A stretch of DNA of 64,000 nt from Candidatus Kapaibacterium sp. (GCA_963665665.1 OY762428.1:288001-352000); one strand, 5' to 3'. Shown: positions 29,456-39,548, counted from the first letter of the stretch. Notes: a model not told the origin generated them from the letters alone. Program-made: numbers and translations.

Positions 29456-31219
29456 ATGCCGCAGATAGTAATTGACGGTAAAAGGGTCGAAGCCGGGCAG
29501 GGCGAGACTATTATTCAGGCAGCTTATAAGAATAAAATTGATATACCACATTTTTGCTGGCATCCGGAACTTTCTGTTTCAGGAAACTGCCGTATGTGCC
29601 TTGTGGAAGTTGGTATGCCCAAAAGATTGCCGGACGGCTCTTTTGCTAAAGATGACAATGGAGACACAGTAATTAATTATTTCCCAAAACTTCAAATTGC
29701 CTGTGCAACCAACGTAAGCGACGAAATGCACGTGAGGACTAAAACTCCAAAGGTTATTGAAGCAAGGGAAGCAGTGATGGAATTTATATTGATAAACCAT
29801 CCGCTTGATTGTCCGATTTGTGATGAAGCCGGGCAGTGCAAGCTTCAGGAATATGCCTTCAGGCATTCAAACGGGGAAAGCCGTTTCGAGGAAACGAAAA
29901 ATCATAATGATAAAAGACAAAAATGGGGCCCGAATGTCCTTTATGATGCTGAAAGATGCATATCATGTTCTCGTTGTATTCGTTTTTCGAAACAAATTGC
30001 CGGCCAGGATGTTTTGACATTTATACAAAGAGGCGACCACGTTACAATTAAATTATTTGACGAAACTCAGCTTGATAATGATTATTCAATGAATGTGATT
30101 GATATTTGCCCGGTTGGAGCTCTTACAAGCCCTGACTTCAGGTTCAAATCCAGAGTCTGGGACATGAGTTTCAACGACTCGATTTGCACATCCTGTTCCA
30201 GAGGTTGTAATATTCAGGTGGGTGTTCGTAATAATGAAATACTTCGGCTTGAACCCCGCACTAATATGTATGTTAATAAATACTGGATGTGCGATCACGG
30301 AAGGTTGAATTATAAAAATGTTAATGAGAACAGAATTACAGAACCCCTCATCAAAAAAGACAGCACACAAATTGCTGTTGAATGGGATGAAGCTTATTCA
30401 AAGGCTTTTGAACTTCTGAAAAAATATAAACCCGCCGAAATCATGTTCGTCCTCTCCCCTTCTTCTACTAACGAGGACAGCTATATACTCGGAAAATTCG
30501 CTTCGGAAGTTATCGGCTGCAAAAATGTTGATTATTTCCCAAGGGAAGATAAAACATTTGCCGATGATCTGCTAAAAACATCTGATATGTCTGCCAACAT
30601 CAGAGGAATAGACCTTTTAGGAATTTCCGGCAAAGGCATTAAGGCCGGTGAACTTGAAAAAGCTATTAACGAGGGTAAGATAAAAGCTCTGTTTATCGTA
30701 GATGAAAACTTCCTTACCCACTCATCTATCATTGAATCTTTCACGAAGCTTGACACTCTGATTGTTAACGTTTCGAACAGATCTAAACTAAGCGAAATGG
30801 CTGATGTTGTTCTGGCAGGCTCCACATGGGCAGAAAATGAAGGTAGTTATATAAATAATGATAACAGAGTACAGCATTTTGAACCTGTTATAACCACAAA
30901 GGAAAACCTTTCCAGAATGGGACTAAAACAAGGCCGGCTGGATAGGTTCGGAGCGCATAACGACAGATGGACACACCATGAGCTTCGCGGAAGCAGGCAG
31001 GCATGGCGTAACCTGTTTAACCTGGCAAGGAAATTCGGCGTTAACTGGGATTATAAACGTTCCGGAGATATTTTCAAGGAAATGTCCGGGAAAATAAACG
31101 ACTTTTCCGGGATGACATATTCTAAACTTGATGAATACCAGGGTATAGCTCTCGGTAAATCGGAAAATCCCGACCCGAAACTTGTTAATTACGAGTCTCA
31201 TTTTATGAAACCCGAATGA
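29456..31219 (+). CDS. nuoG: NADH-quinone oxidoreductase subunit G (short form)
   Basis: CWH...GNCRMC...AC 2Fe-2S, HPLDCPICD..C, CISCSRC...CPVGAL, CTSCSRGC...WMCD. Confidence 0.92.
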   Translation: MPQIVIDGKRVEAGQGETIIQAAYKNKIDIPHFCWHPELSVSGNCRMCLVEVGMPKRLPDGSFAKDDNGDTVINYFPKLQIACATNVSDEMHVRTKTPKVIEAREAVMEFILINHPLDCPICDEAGQCKLQEYAFRHSNGESRFEETKNHNDKRQKWGPNVLYDAERCISCSRCIRFSKQIAGQDVLTFIQRGDHVTIKLFDETQLDNDYSMNVIDICPVGALTSPDFRFKSRVWDMSFNDSICTSCSRGCNIQVGVRNNEILRLEPRTNMYVNKYWMCDHGRLNYKNVNENRITEPLIKKDSTQIAVEWDEAYSKAFELLKKYKPAEIMFVLSPSSTNEDSYILGKFASEVIGCKNVDYFPREDKTFADDLLKTSDMSANIRGIDLLGISGKGIKAGELEKAINEGKIKALFIVDENFLTHSSIIESFTKLDTLIVNVSNRSKLSEMADVVLAGSTWAENEGSYINNDNRVQHFEPVITTKENLSRMGLKQGRLDRFGAHNDRWTHHELRGSRQAWRNLFNLARKFGVNWDYKRSGDIFKEMSGKINDFSGMTYSKLDEYQGIALGKSENPDPKLVNYESHFMKPE

Positions 31220-31256
31220 TTTGAAAACATTTATTTTCACATTTTTGTAAAATACT

Positions 31257-32303
31257 ATGAATGATATTCTTTGGATCACAGTAGAAGCGCTAATAAAAAT
31301 TGTAGTTATAGCAACCATGGCTATTTCCAGCGCAGCCGTTTCTGTTTATCTTGAACGCAGGATCTCAGGTGTAATCCAGAACCGTTACGGTCCGAACAGG
31401 GTTGGCCCTTTCGGAACTTTGCAGCCCATCGTAGATGTGGTGAAACTTTTCATGAAAGAAGATATTGTACCCGATGCTGCAAATAAAAATTTTCACAGGG
31501 CAGCGCCAATAATATCCCTTGGTGTGGCAATAGCTGTTTATGCTGTTATTCCTTTTGGCTCTTATATTGATGTTAACGGGCACATGGTTCCCATGGGTAT
31601 TGCCCCTGATGTAAATATTGGAATATTATATGTGCTGGCTATGACTTCTGTTGGTGTTTACGGACTTGCTCTTGCAGGCTGGTCTTCGAACAACAAATAC
31701 TCTCTTATGGGCGGCCTTCGTTCCGCTGCACAGATGATATCCTATGAGTTATCAATGGGGCTTGCAATAATTGCAGTTGTTCTTATTTCCGGTTCACTTT
31801 CCCTTAATGGAATTACAGAATTCCAGGCAGGCTGGGGAGGCTGGCGCTGGATGGTATTCCTTCAGCCTTTGGGATTTATCATATTTATGATTTCTTCATT
31901 TGCCGAAGCAAACAGGGCTCCTTTCGACCTTCCGGAAGCAGAACCTGAACTTGTAGGCGGATTCAACACAGAATACAGCGGAATGAAATTTGGTATGTTC
32001 TTCCTGGCTGAGTATATCAATTTAGCAACAGCTGCCGCAATGCTCTCGCTTCTTTATTTTGGCGGTTGGAATATTCCATTCGATACCGGCCTTGAACCCG
32101 GAAGTATCGGGCTTGCAATCGGCCAGTTTGTATTTTTCCTTATGAAAGTTGTATTCTTTATTATCTTCTTCATCTGGGTAAGATGGACAGTTCCGAGATT
32201 CCGCTATGACCAGCTTATGAATCTGGGCTGGAAAGTTCTTCTGCCACTTGCTATATTCAATGTAGTTGTTACTGCCGTGGGAGTTTACATTTTCAATAAT
32301 TGA
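31257..32303 (+). CDS. nuoH: NADH-quinone oxidoreductase subunit H
   Basis: ERR...R.GPNRVGP.G.LQ, SYEL, NRAPFDLPEAE.ELV.G, PRFRYDQLM. Confidence 0.97.
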   Translation: MNDILWITVEALIKIVVIATMAISSAAVSVYLERRISGVIQNRYGPNRVGPFGTLQPIVDVVKLFMKEDIVPDAANKNFHRAAPIISLGVAIAVYAVIPFGSYIDVNGHMVPMGIAPDVNIGILYVLAMTSVGVYGLALAGWSSNNKYSLMGGLRSAAQMISYELSMGLAIIAVVLISGSLSLNGITEFQAGWGGWRWMVFLQPLGFIIFMISSFAEANRAPFDLPEAEPELVGGFNTEYSGMKFGMFFLAEYINLATAAAMLSLLYFGGWNIPFDTGLEPGSIGLAIGQFVFFLMKVVFFIIFFIWVRWTVPRFRYDQLMNLGWKVLLPLAIFNVVVTAVGVYIFNN

Positions 32304-32342
32304 TATGCTGTTTAATTAAAAAAGCTATTAACGAGGATATAA

Positions 32343-32840
32343 ATGAATAATAAAAATAACACCGAAGCAAAAAGATTATCATTCTGGGAAAAGCTTTATA
32401 TCCCGGAAATAGCCCGCGGCCTCGGGTTAACTCTGAAACAGGCTTTCAAGCCGAAATTCACAAGGCAGTACCCAGAGGAAAAATGGGAACCCGAAGGCTC
32501 ATACAGGGGGCGGCCCGTGCTGGTGCAGGAAGAAGAAGGCGAGCGTTGCGTAGCGTGCGGACTTTGCTCCAGGGTTTGTCCGGCACTTGCCATAGAAGTT
32601 CAGGCTGCTGAAACAGACAGGGAAAAAGAACGTTACCCTGAAAAATTCGAAATAAATATGCTGCGTTGCATTTTCTGTGGCTTCTGCGAAGAGGTTTGCC
32701 CAGAAGAAGCGATTGTAATGAGTAAAGAATACCACATGGTATTCGAATCACAGAAGGAAGCGATCCTTGGGAAGGACAGGCTGTTGATCCCTGCGGATGA
32801 GCTTCGCGACAGGCTCGATTACCTGCGTGATTACAGATAA
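32343..32840 (+). CDS. nuoI: NADH-quinone oxidoreductase subunit I
   Basis: QYPEE, CVACGLCSRVCP and CIFCGFCEEVCP. Confidence 0.97.
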   Translation: MNNKNNTEAKRLSFWEKLYIPEIARGLGLTLKQAFKPKFTRQYPEEKWEPEGSYRGRPVLVQEEEGERCVACGLCSRVCPALAIEVQAAETDREKERYPEKFEINMLRCIFCGFCEEVCPEEAIVMSKEYHMVFESQKEAILGKDRLLIPADELRDRLDYLRDYR

Positions 32841-32863
32841 ATTTCATTTTGTAAAATTTTTAT

Positions 32864-32893
32864 GGCTGTTCTGTTTCTGAACAGCCTTTTTTT
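32864..32893 (+). terminator. Intrinsic terminator after nuoI
   Basis: GGCTGTTC...GAACAGCC plus T run. Confidence 0.85.
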
Positions 32894-33249
32894 ATTACAA
32901 AAAATTAGAAGGCTAATCATTTATTTCATTTTTTACAAAACTTAAAAATGACCGTTTTTTTATTTAGCGGTTTTATCTAAAATTCATATTTATTGCTAAA
33001 TAATTGATACTTAATATTATTATATTATTTTTGCTAATTCAGGTCCCGATTATTCACTTAGATATCAGAATATCTCCCTTGCTAATAATTAAGCATGTAT
33101 AATTATTATATTAGTTACGCCTTGCAATTATTTACACATTTTTTCTTAAAATTATACCATTTTCCTGAAATATTGCCCTTTGATAATATGTAATCTTAAT
33201 TATATTGGAAATACAGTAATTGATATTTAAAAATACTAAGATCAAACCA

Positions 33250-33681
33250 ATGGACAAAAACAATAACCCCAGGATGTACAGCATCAGCCAAGCCGCCGAT
33301 CTGGCAGGAATATCAGTCCATACAGTAAGATTGTATGAAAGAACATACCTTATCAGACCATTGAAAAAGAAAAACAGAAACAGGCTTTATTCGCAAAACG
33401 ATATAAACAGGATAAACTGGATTAGAAATGCAATCAAAGTAAAAAAATATACAATTCCTTCACTGAATGTGATATTCTCACTAATTCCCTGTTGGCATGT
33501 TACAAATTGCGATTTGGAGGTAAGAAATGAATGCCCGGCATACCATAATACAGAAAGGCCCTGCTGGTCTTATAAAAATATTTGTATTGAATGCGAGAAT
33601 GATTGCAGAACCTGCAAAGTTTACAACGAGTATATCGAAGCGGAAAAAATTAAATCTATAATAAGAGAAAACCTAAAATAA
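33250..33681 (+). CDS. MerR-family regulator with C-terminal Cys-rich (two-CW-like) domain
   Basis: YSISQAADLAGISVHTVRLYE...RLYS HTH; C-terminal CW..C..CPAY..CW..C..C..CRTC. Confidence 0.85.
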   Translation: MDKNNNPRMYSISQAADLAGISVHTVRLYERTYLIRPLKKKNRNRLYSQNDINRINWIRNAIKVKKYTIPSLNVIFSLIPCWHVTNCDLEVRNECPAYHNTERPCWSYKNICIECENDCRTCKVYNEYIEAEKIKSIIRENLK

Positions 33682-33695
33682 TTCTAAGGTGTTTC

Positions 33696-35273
33696 ATGAG
33701 GAAAGTAATTATTGCAGTTATCGTTATGTCAGTTCTATGGCTGATTTACTTTATCAATTTTGATAGCAAGAACATGAAGCTGGCAATATTGAAACAGGAA
33801 ACGGAAAAAATTGCTGAAAGGCCCCAAGTTGTGGATCATTCAAAATTTGCCGTCCTGCAAAAGGATTTCAAAAGTGGGCAGGAAGTTACTGAAGCCTGCC
33901 TATCCTGCCATACCGAAAGGCACAAAGAGCTACTGAATTCATCGCATTTCAAATGGGAACGCGAAGAATATATCAAGGGGAGGGGAATTGTCAGTATTGG
34001 CAAAAAGAATCTTATTAATAATTTTTGTATCGGAATAGCTGGCAGCGAGGGTATGTGTAATAAATGCCACGCAGGCTACGGATGGGCCGATACAACATTT
34101 AATTTCGACGAAGCACATAACATCGACTGCCTTGTATGCCATGATAATTCCGGCGATTATAAAAAGGGAAATATGCTGGCCGGCAACCCGGCTCCGGAGG
34201 TTGACCTTGCGCACGCTGCCACAAATGTCGGGCTTCCGAAGAAAGAAAATTGCGGTAGCTGTCATTTCCTTAGCGGGGGCGGGAATAACGTAAAGCATGG
34301 CGACCTGGAAATGGCATTAGTAAGTACTACAAAAAATATTGATGTCCACATGGGACAGGATGGTGCTGACATGGAGTGTATTGTTTGCCATACTGCCGAA
34401 AATCACAATATCAAGGGAAAGATGTACTCTGTATCTTCCATGAATGAAAACAGGGTGGAATGTGAATCATGCCATTCCGAATCGCCCCACTCGGAAAGCA
34501 TATTGAACGAACATACCGTGAAAGTGGGATGTCAAACATGCCACATTCCAAAATATGCAAAAGTTAATTCAACAAAAATGCACTGGGACTGGTCTAAAGC
34601 CTGTAAAACTATGGATCCGAATTATCACGAAACCGACAGTCTTGGCAATCACGTTTACCTTGGAAAAAAAGGACGATTTGTATGGCAGAGAAATGTTGTT
34701 CCCGAATATGTATTTTTCAACGGAACGGCTGATCACTACCTTATGGGTGATAAAATTCCGGAGGGGGCAAAAGTTGTAAATATTAATACCCTGAATGGCT
34801 CTTATGCCGATAAGGACTCAAAAATTATCCCGGTAAAAATTCACAGGACAAGCCAGCCTTATGATCCTGTTAACAGGTTGTTGATACAACCCAAATTATG
34901 GGATGCGGAATATGGTAATAAAGCTCTTTGGGTTGATTGTAAAACAACTCCTATAGTTGAAATGTGGGGAGTTGCTTCGAAAGCAGGAATGGACTATATC
35001 GGGCTTCCCTATTCGGGAAAATATGATTTTATAAATTCCGCAATGTACTGGCCAGTTAATCACATGGTATCAGAAGCGGACTCTTCGTTAACATGTAATG
35101 ATTGTCATGTCCGTGAAAACGGAAGGCTTGAGCAATTAAGTGGTTTTTATATGCCGGGCCGGGATTACAATTCTATTATTGATTTCCTGGGAATATTTAC
35201 ATTTATCGCTTCAATTGCCGGAATTGCTATCCATGCAATCATAAGGGTAATAACATATAACAGAAACAAATAA
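33696..35273 (+). CDS. Octaheme c-type cytochrome, tetrathionate reductase (Otr) family
   Basis: Eight CxxCH motifs; GKKNLINNFC, GGGNNVKHGDL, MYWPVNHMV signatures; N- and C-terminal membrane segments. Confidence 0.9.
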   Translation: MRKVIIAVIVMSVLWLIYFINFDSKNMKLAILKQETEKIAERPQVVDHSKFAVLQKDFKSGQEVTEACLSCHTERHKELLNSSHFKWEREEYIKGRGIVSIGKKNLINNFCIGIAGSEGMCNKCHAGYGWADTTFNFDEAHNIDCLVCHDNSGDYKKGNMLAGNPAPEVDLAHAATNVGLPKKENCGSCHFLSGGGNNVKHGDLEMALVSTTKNIDVHMGQDGADMECIVCHTAENHNIKGKMYSVSSMNENRVECESCHSESPHSESILNEHTVKVGCQTCHIPKYAKVNSTKMHWDWSKACKTMDPNYHETDSLGNHVYLGKKGRFVWQRNVVPEYVFFNGTADHYLMGDKIPEGAKVVNINTLNGSYADKDSKIIPVKIHRTSQPYDPVNRLLIQPKLWDAEYGNKALWVDCKTTPIVEMWGVASKAGMDYIGLPYSGKYDFINSAMYWPVNHMVSEADSSLTCNDCHVRENGRLEQLSGFYMPGRDYNSIIDFLGIFTFIASIAGIAIHAIIRVITYNRNK

Positions 35274-35285
35274 AGAGAATTACAA

Positions 35286-35957
35286 ATGAAAAAAGTTTAT
35301 ATATATGATACATTCAACAGGTTCTGGCACTGGCTACAGGCATTGTTAATATTCTTCCTGGGCCTGACAGGCTTTGAAATACACGGTTCATTCCGGTTGT
35401 TTGGATTCGAAACTGCGGTATACTGGCATAATATTTCAGCAATATCATTGATCCTTCTTGTTGTTCTGGCCATATTCTGGCATTTTACCAGCGGAACATG
35501 GAAGCAATATATCCCTACAACTAAAAACCTGATTGCCCAAATCAGATATTATACTGTGGATATATTCAAAAACGGCCCACACCCCGTTAAGAAAACAGTG
35601 CTCAGCAAGCTTAACCCGCTTCAGAAACTGGTTTACCTCGGGCTGAAATTGCTTGTGATACCTGTAATGGTAATTTCCGGGCTTTTTTACATGCTGTACC
35701 GATACCCGCAAAGTGGCGAAATAAAAAGCCTGAATATTGAAGGTCTTGAAATTATTGCATGGGTACATACTGCCGGAGCTTTCGTTCTGCTTTCCTTCGT
35801 TGTTGTCCATATTTATTTAATTACAACCGGACATACATTAAGTTCCAACCTGAAAGCAATGGTAACAGGTTACGAAGAACTGGAAGATGATGATGAAAAT
35901 GATAAGAATAAGAATAAAGATATTTCTGACAACAATCTTGCCGGGGAGTTAAAATGA
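35286..35957 (+). CDS. Diheme cytochrome b (PhsC / Ni-Fe hydrogenase b-type)
   Basis: RFWHW, WHN, NPLQKL, WVH...VHIY heme histidines in four TM helices. Confidence 0.88.
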   Translation: MKKVYIYDTFNRFWHWLQALLIFFLGLTGFEIHGSFRLFGFETAVYWHNISAISLILLVVLAIFWHFTSGTWKQYIPTTKNLIAQIRYYTVDIFKNGPHPVKKTVLSKLNPLQKLVYLGLKLLVIPVMVISGLFYMLYRYPQSGEIKSLNIEGLEIIAWVHTAGAFVLLSFVVVHIYLITTGHTLSSNLKAMVTGYEELEDDDENDKNKNKDISDNNLAGELK

Positions 35958-36478
35958 AACAAACAGACAAAAACAAATATGCCAACCCTTATGTTGCAGG
36001 ATTTTTACTGGGGCTGGTATTGTTAGCAGCTTTCTATCTTACCGGCAGAGGCCTCGGGGCATCCGGTGCAGTCAAAAGCGTTGTGGTTACTGCCGTGAAA
36101 GGAGTGTCGGAAAGTCATGTTGAATCTAAAGAATTTTATGCCAAATACAACGAATCACACGATGGAATTCCAATTAAAGCCTGGCTTGTATTCCTTGCAG
36201 GCGGGGTTTTGCTCGGTGGAGCAGTTTCTGGTATCAGGGCCGGCAGGTTTGGATTTAAAATTGATAAAGGCCCGAATATAAGTGTAAAGCTAAGATTATT
36301 CCTGGCTTTGGCCGGAGGCGCCCTATTCGGGTTCGGAGCTCAACTTGGAAGGGGATGTACTTCCGGTTCAGCCCTGAGCGGCATGGCAGTTTTATCAACA
36401 GCGGGATTCGTATCAATGCTTTCAATATTCGGTGGTGCGTTCCTTTTCGCTTACTTTTTTAGAAAACTTTGGATTTAA
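35954..36478 (+). CDS. YeeE/YedE thiosulfate transporter family protein
   Basis: NPYVAG, GLGASG, LGRGCTSG; ATGA overlap with cytochrome b. Confidence 0.88.
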   Translation: MKQTDKNKYANPYVAGFLLGLVLLAAFYLTGRGLGASGAVKSVVVTAVKGVSESHVESKEFYAKYNESHDGIPIKAWLVFLAGGVLLGGAVSGIRAGRFGFKIDKGPNISVKLRLFLALAGGALFGFGAQLGRGCTSGSALSGMAVLSTAGFVSMLSIFGGAFLFAYFFRKLWI

Positions 36479-36498
36479 AACAAACTTGGAAATAGATC

Positions 36499-37701
36499 AT
36501 GGGACCTTTAGTGCCTTTTGGAATTATTGGATCAGAATTTAACTACCTGATTGCAGCCCTTATTGGTTTTGCATTTGGATATATTCTGGAAAGGGCTGGT
36601 TTTTCTACGTCAAGAAAACTTGTCGGCGTATTTTATGGTTATGATTTTGTTGTTCTCAGGGTATTTTTTACTGCTGCCGCAACAGCAATGACGGGATTGA
36701 TTGTTCTTGATTATCTTGGCTTCATTGATTTTAGTTTTATATATATCAACCCACTGTTCACATGGCCGATGATAGTTGGTGGCATCATTATGGGATTTGG
36801 ATTCATTCTTGGTGGATTTTGTCCTGGAACAAGTATGGCTGCTGCTGCAATTGGAAAAATTGACGCAATGGTATTTTTACTTGGCAGTTTTATCGGAATA
36901 TTTTTCTTCGGGGAAATATTCAGCGGAATTAAAGATTTCTACCTGAGCGGCTCGATGGGGCCAATATTCGTTTATGATTCTCTCGGTATCTCAAGAAGCC
37001 TCTTTGCAGCTATTCTCGGAGTTATTTCAATAGTATCGTTCATAGTAACTTCTGTAATTGAGAAAAAAGTAAGTTATGGCATCGAACCTAATCACCCGAA
37101 ATATAAAATGGCCATTCCGGCTATAACGATTGGATTCGCGGCGGCAATTATTATTTTGATCTTACCCGACGAACGCGAGGGATTAATTGATAAACCGGCT
37201 GATCAAATTGCTGCCGAATATAGTGATGATCTTCGTTATATATCACCGGAAGAAGCTGCTTACGAGATATATTACAACACAGGAAAATTCAATTTTATTG
37301 ATGTTCGAAGCCCTGAAGAATACAAGAAAATGTGTATGCCAAAAGCATTTAATATTGAAACCCAAAATATGCAGAACAAAGCAAACAGCGCATACCTGAA
37401 CCAACCGGGAAAAACAGCCGTATTCTATTCAAAAAACGAGGATGAAGCCGCCAAAGCATTTATTATTGCCCAAAAAGAGGGGTTTTCAAATATTGCAATT
37501 CTAAAGGACGGATTCAGTAACTTCGCGGATAAGTATATTACCGGGAAAGCAAAGATTGGCAGAGCTGCATTTATTGGCGGAAACACAGAAAACTTTCAGG
37601 ACAAAGTTATCAGTTTATTCAAATCGGATTCAACTTTGACCAAACCCAGAAAGAAAAAAGAAATAGTTGTAAAAGCAGTTAAAGTTCAGGGTGGATGTTA
37701 G
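36499..37701 (+). CDS. YeeE/YedE family protein fused to rhodanese-like domain with C-terminal GGC
   Basis: FGYILERAGF, GFCPGT; FIDVRSPEEY and LKDG rhodanese motifs; ends KVQGGC. Confidence 0.85.
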   Translation: MGPLVPFGIIGSEFNYLIAALIGFAFGYILERAGFSTSRKLVGVFYGYDFVVLRVFFTAAATAMTGLIVLDYLGFIDFSFIYINPLFTWPMIVGGIIMGFGFILGGFCPGTSMAAAAIGKIDAMVFLLGSFIGIFFFGEIFSGIKDFYLSGSMGPIFVYDSLGISRSLFAAILGVISIVSFIVTSVIEKKVSYGIEPNHPKYKMAIPAITIGFAAAIIILILPDEREGLIDKPADQIAAEYSDDLRYISPEEAAYEIYYNTGKFNFIDVRSPEEYKKMCMPKAFNIETQNMQNKANSAYLNQPGKTAVFYSKNEDEAAKAFIIAQKEGFSNIAILKDGFSNFADKYITGKAKIGRAAFIGGNTENFQDKVISLFKSDSTLTKPRKKKEIVVKAVKVQGGC

Positions 37702-37732
37702 GCAAACAAACGTATTGTAACTATAGAAAAAT

Positions 37733-37766
37733 AAAAGGGCTGTCAATTTGGCAGCCTTTCTTTTTT
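37733..37766 (+). terminator. Intrinsic terminator of the otr-YeeE operon
   Basis: GGGCTGTC-aattt-GGCAGCCT followed by T-rich tail. Confidence 0.75.
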
Positions 37767-37998
37767 GCAAAGTACCATCTCTTTTTTTAAAATTATTAGC
37801 GATATATTGAATATAAATATTTATTATCCGGCCTCTCCGCTCAGTATGACTTCATAAATTCAGAATAAAGAGACATTGCATCTAAAGAGGCGAACTGTTT
37901 TTTTCGCAAATAAAAGAAGTTTTATTTAAAATCGATATTAAAATTATATATTTGAATATAATACTTTCTTTCAATAATTTATTTAACTGGAAATACAA

Positions 37999-38673
37999 AT
38001 GTGCGGAAGATTTGCTTTATCTGCAAAAACTGAAGATGTTGAAAAACTGGTAAAACCTTCGAGGTTTACCAAAGAATTGGTGTCAAGATATAATATAGCA
38101 CCTTCGCAGAAAATTCATATTCTCAGGAATAATTCTGATAATATTGCCGAGGAATTCCGATGGGGGCTGATACCTTCGTGGGCAAAGGATATTTCTATCG
38201 CTAATAAAATGATAAATGCCCGCTCGGAAAGTCTTTCAGAAAAACCTGCTTTCAGGAATCTTCTGAAATCAAAGAGATGCCTGATTTACGCTGACGGTTT
38301 CTATGAATGGAGAAAAGGCGGACGGTCGAAAATACCGTATTTTATTCATTTCAAAGATTCAAGGCCCTTTACATTTGCCGGCCTCTGGGATAAGTGGATC
38401 AGCCCGGATGGAGAGATAATCGAATCGGCTGTTATCATTACCACCGAACCCAATTCTGTAGTCGCACCGATACACAATCGTATGCCGGTAATTTTGAAAC
38501 CTGAATTCAGGAAATCATGGCTGTATGAAGATTTTTCAAACATCAACACAGAAGAATTATTAATTCCTTGTAATCCAGATGAGATGGAAGCATTCGAGGT
38601 TTCAACAATGGTTAACAGCCCTGTAAATGATTCGCCTGAATGTATTCAGGCTCCGGAGGGCCGCTTATTCTGA
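37999..38673 (+). CDS. SOS response-associated peptidase (SRAP/YedK/HMCES) abasic-site crosslinking protein
   Basis: MCGRF N-terminus, RYNIAPSQ, WGLIP, INARSE, GFYEW, HNRMP. Confidence 0.95.
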   Translation: MCGRFALSAKTEDVEKLVKPSRFTKELVSRYNIAPSQKIHILRNNSDNIAEEFRWGLIPSWAKDISIANKMINARSESLSEKPAFRNLLKSKRCLIYADGFYEWRKGGRSKIPYFIHFKDSRPFTFAGLWDKWISPDGEIIESAVIITTEPNSVVAPIHNRMPVILKPEFRKSWLYEDFSNINTEELLIPCNPDEMEAFEVSTMVNSPVNDSPECIQAPEGRLF

Positions 38674-38741
38674 CAGCAATAAAGAGAAAGTTTAATCGTG
38701 CAGAAAATGTATATTATTGAAATTATCGAAACAGGGATTTA

Positions 38742-39548
38742 ATGAAGATTGTTACATGGAATATAAACGGCTACAGATCGATCAGCGGCCAGAACCCAAG
38801 CAAGCGCTATGATAAAGTAACAAAAGAAAACAAGCTTTTTGAATATGTTGAAAATGAGAAACCCGACATCCTGATGATGCAGGAAACAAAGGCAAACGAA
38901 GACCAGATAAACGAAGAATTACGCTGTCCGCCGGGTTACCATGCCTATTACCATTCCTGCGAAGTAAAAAAAGGATATAGCGGAACAGCAATATTCACAA
39001 AGGAAGAACCAAAAGAAATAATCAGGAAATTCGGTATCGACAGGTTTGACGGCGAAGGGCGGGTTCTTGGGGCTGATTTCGGAGAATTCATCATTTTCAA
39101 TGTTTATTTCCCCAAAGGATATGCTGATTCCGAAAGGCTGACCTTTAAGCTCGATTTTTACGATGAATTTTTTGATTATGTCGAGAAATTAAGATCCGGA
39201 GGCAGAAAAATAATTGTTTCAGGCGATTACAATACTGCTCATAATGAGATCGACCTGGCACGTCCAAAACAAAATACAGGCACATCGGGATTTATGCCCG
39301 AGGAAAGAGTAAAACTTGACGAGTTGCAAAGCAGAGGGTGGGTTGACGCATTCCGGAAGTTCGAAAAGGAAAACGGACATTATACCTGGTGGAGCCAGCG
39401 CGGACGAGCACGTGAAAACAACGTTGGATGGCGTATTGATTACCATTGGCTGACTGAAGACCTGCTGCCTAATCTGAAAAATGCCTACCAGCAACCAGAA
39501 CAAACAGGCAGTGATCACTGTCCCGTTGTTGCTGAAATGGAATTTTAG
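38742..39548 (+). CDS. xth: Exodeoxyribonuclease III / AP endonuclease
   Basis: WNING, QETK, GYSG, GDYNTAH, GWRIDY, SDHCP. Confidence 0.95.
   Translation: MKIVTWNINGYRSISGQNPSKRYDKVTKENKLFEYVENEKPDILMMQETKANEDQINEELRCPPGYHAYYHSCEVKKGYSGTAIFTKEEPKEIIRKFGIDRFDGEGRVLGADFGEFIIFNVYFPKGYADSERLTFKLDFYDEFFDYVEKLRSGGRKIIVSGDYNTAHNEIDLARPKQNTGTSGFMPEERVKLDELQSRGWVDAFRKFEKENGHYTWWSQRGRARENNVGWRIDYHWLTEDLLPNLKNAYQQPEQTGSDHCPVVAEMEF

Noticed and set aside
37828-37850. CCGCTCAGTATGAC resembling half of a REP-like element
   Set aside because: No partner arm and no second copy seen in the window
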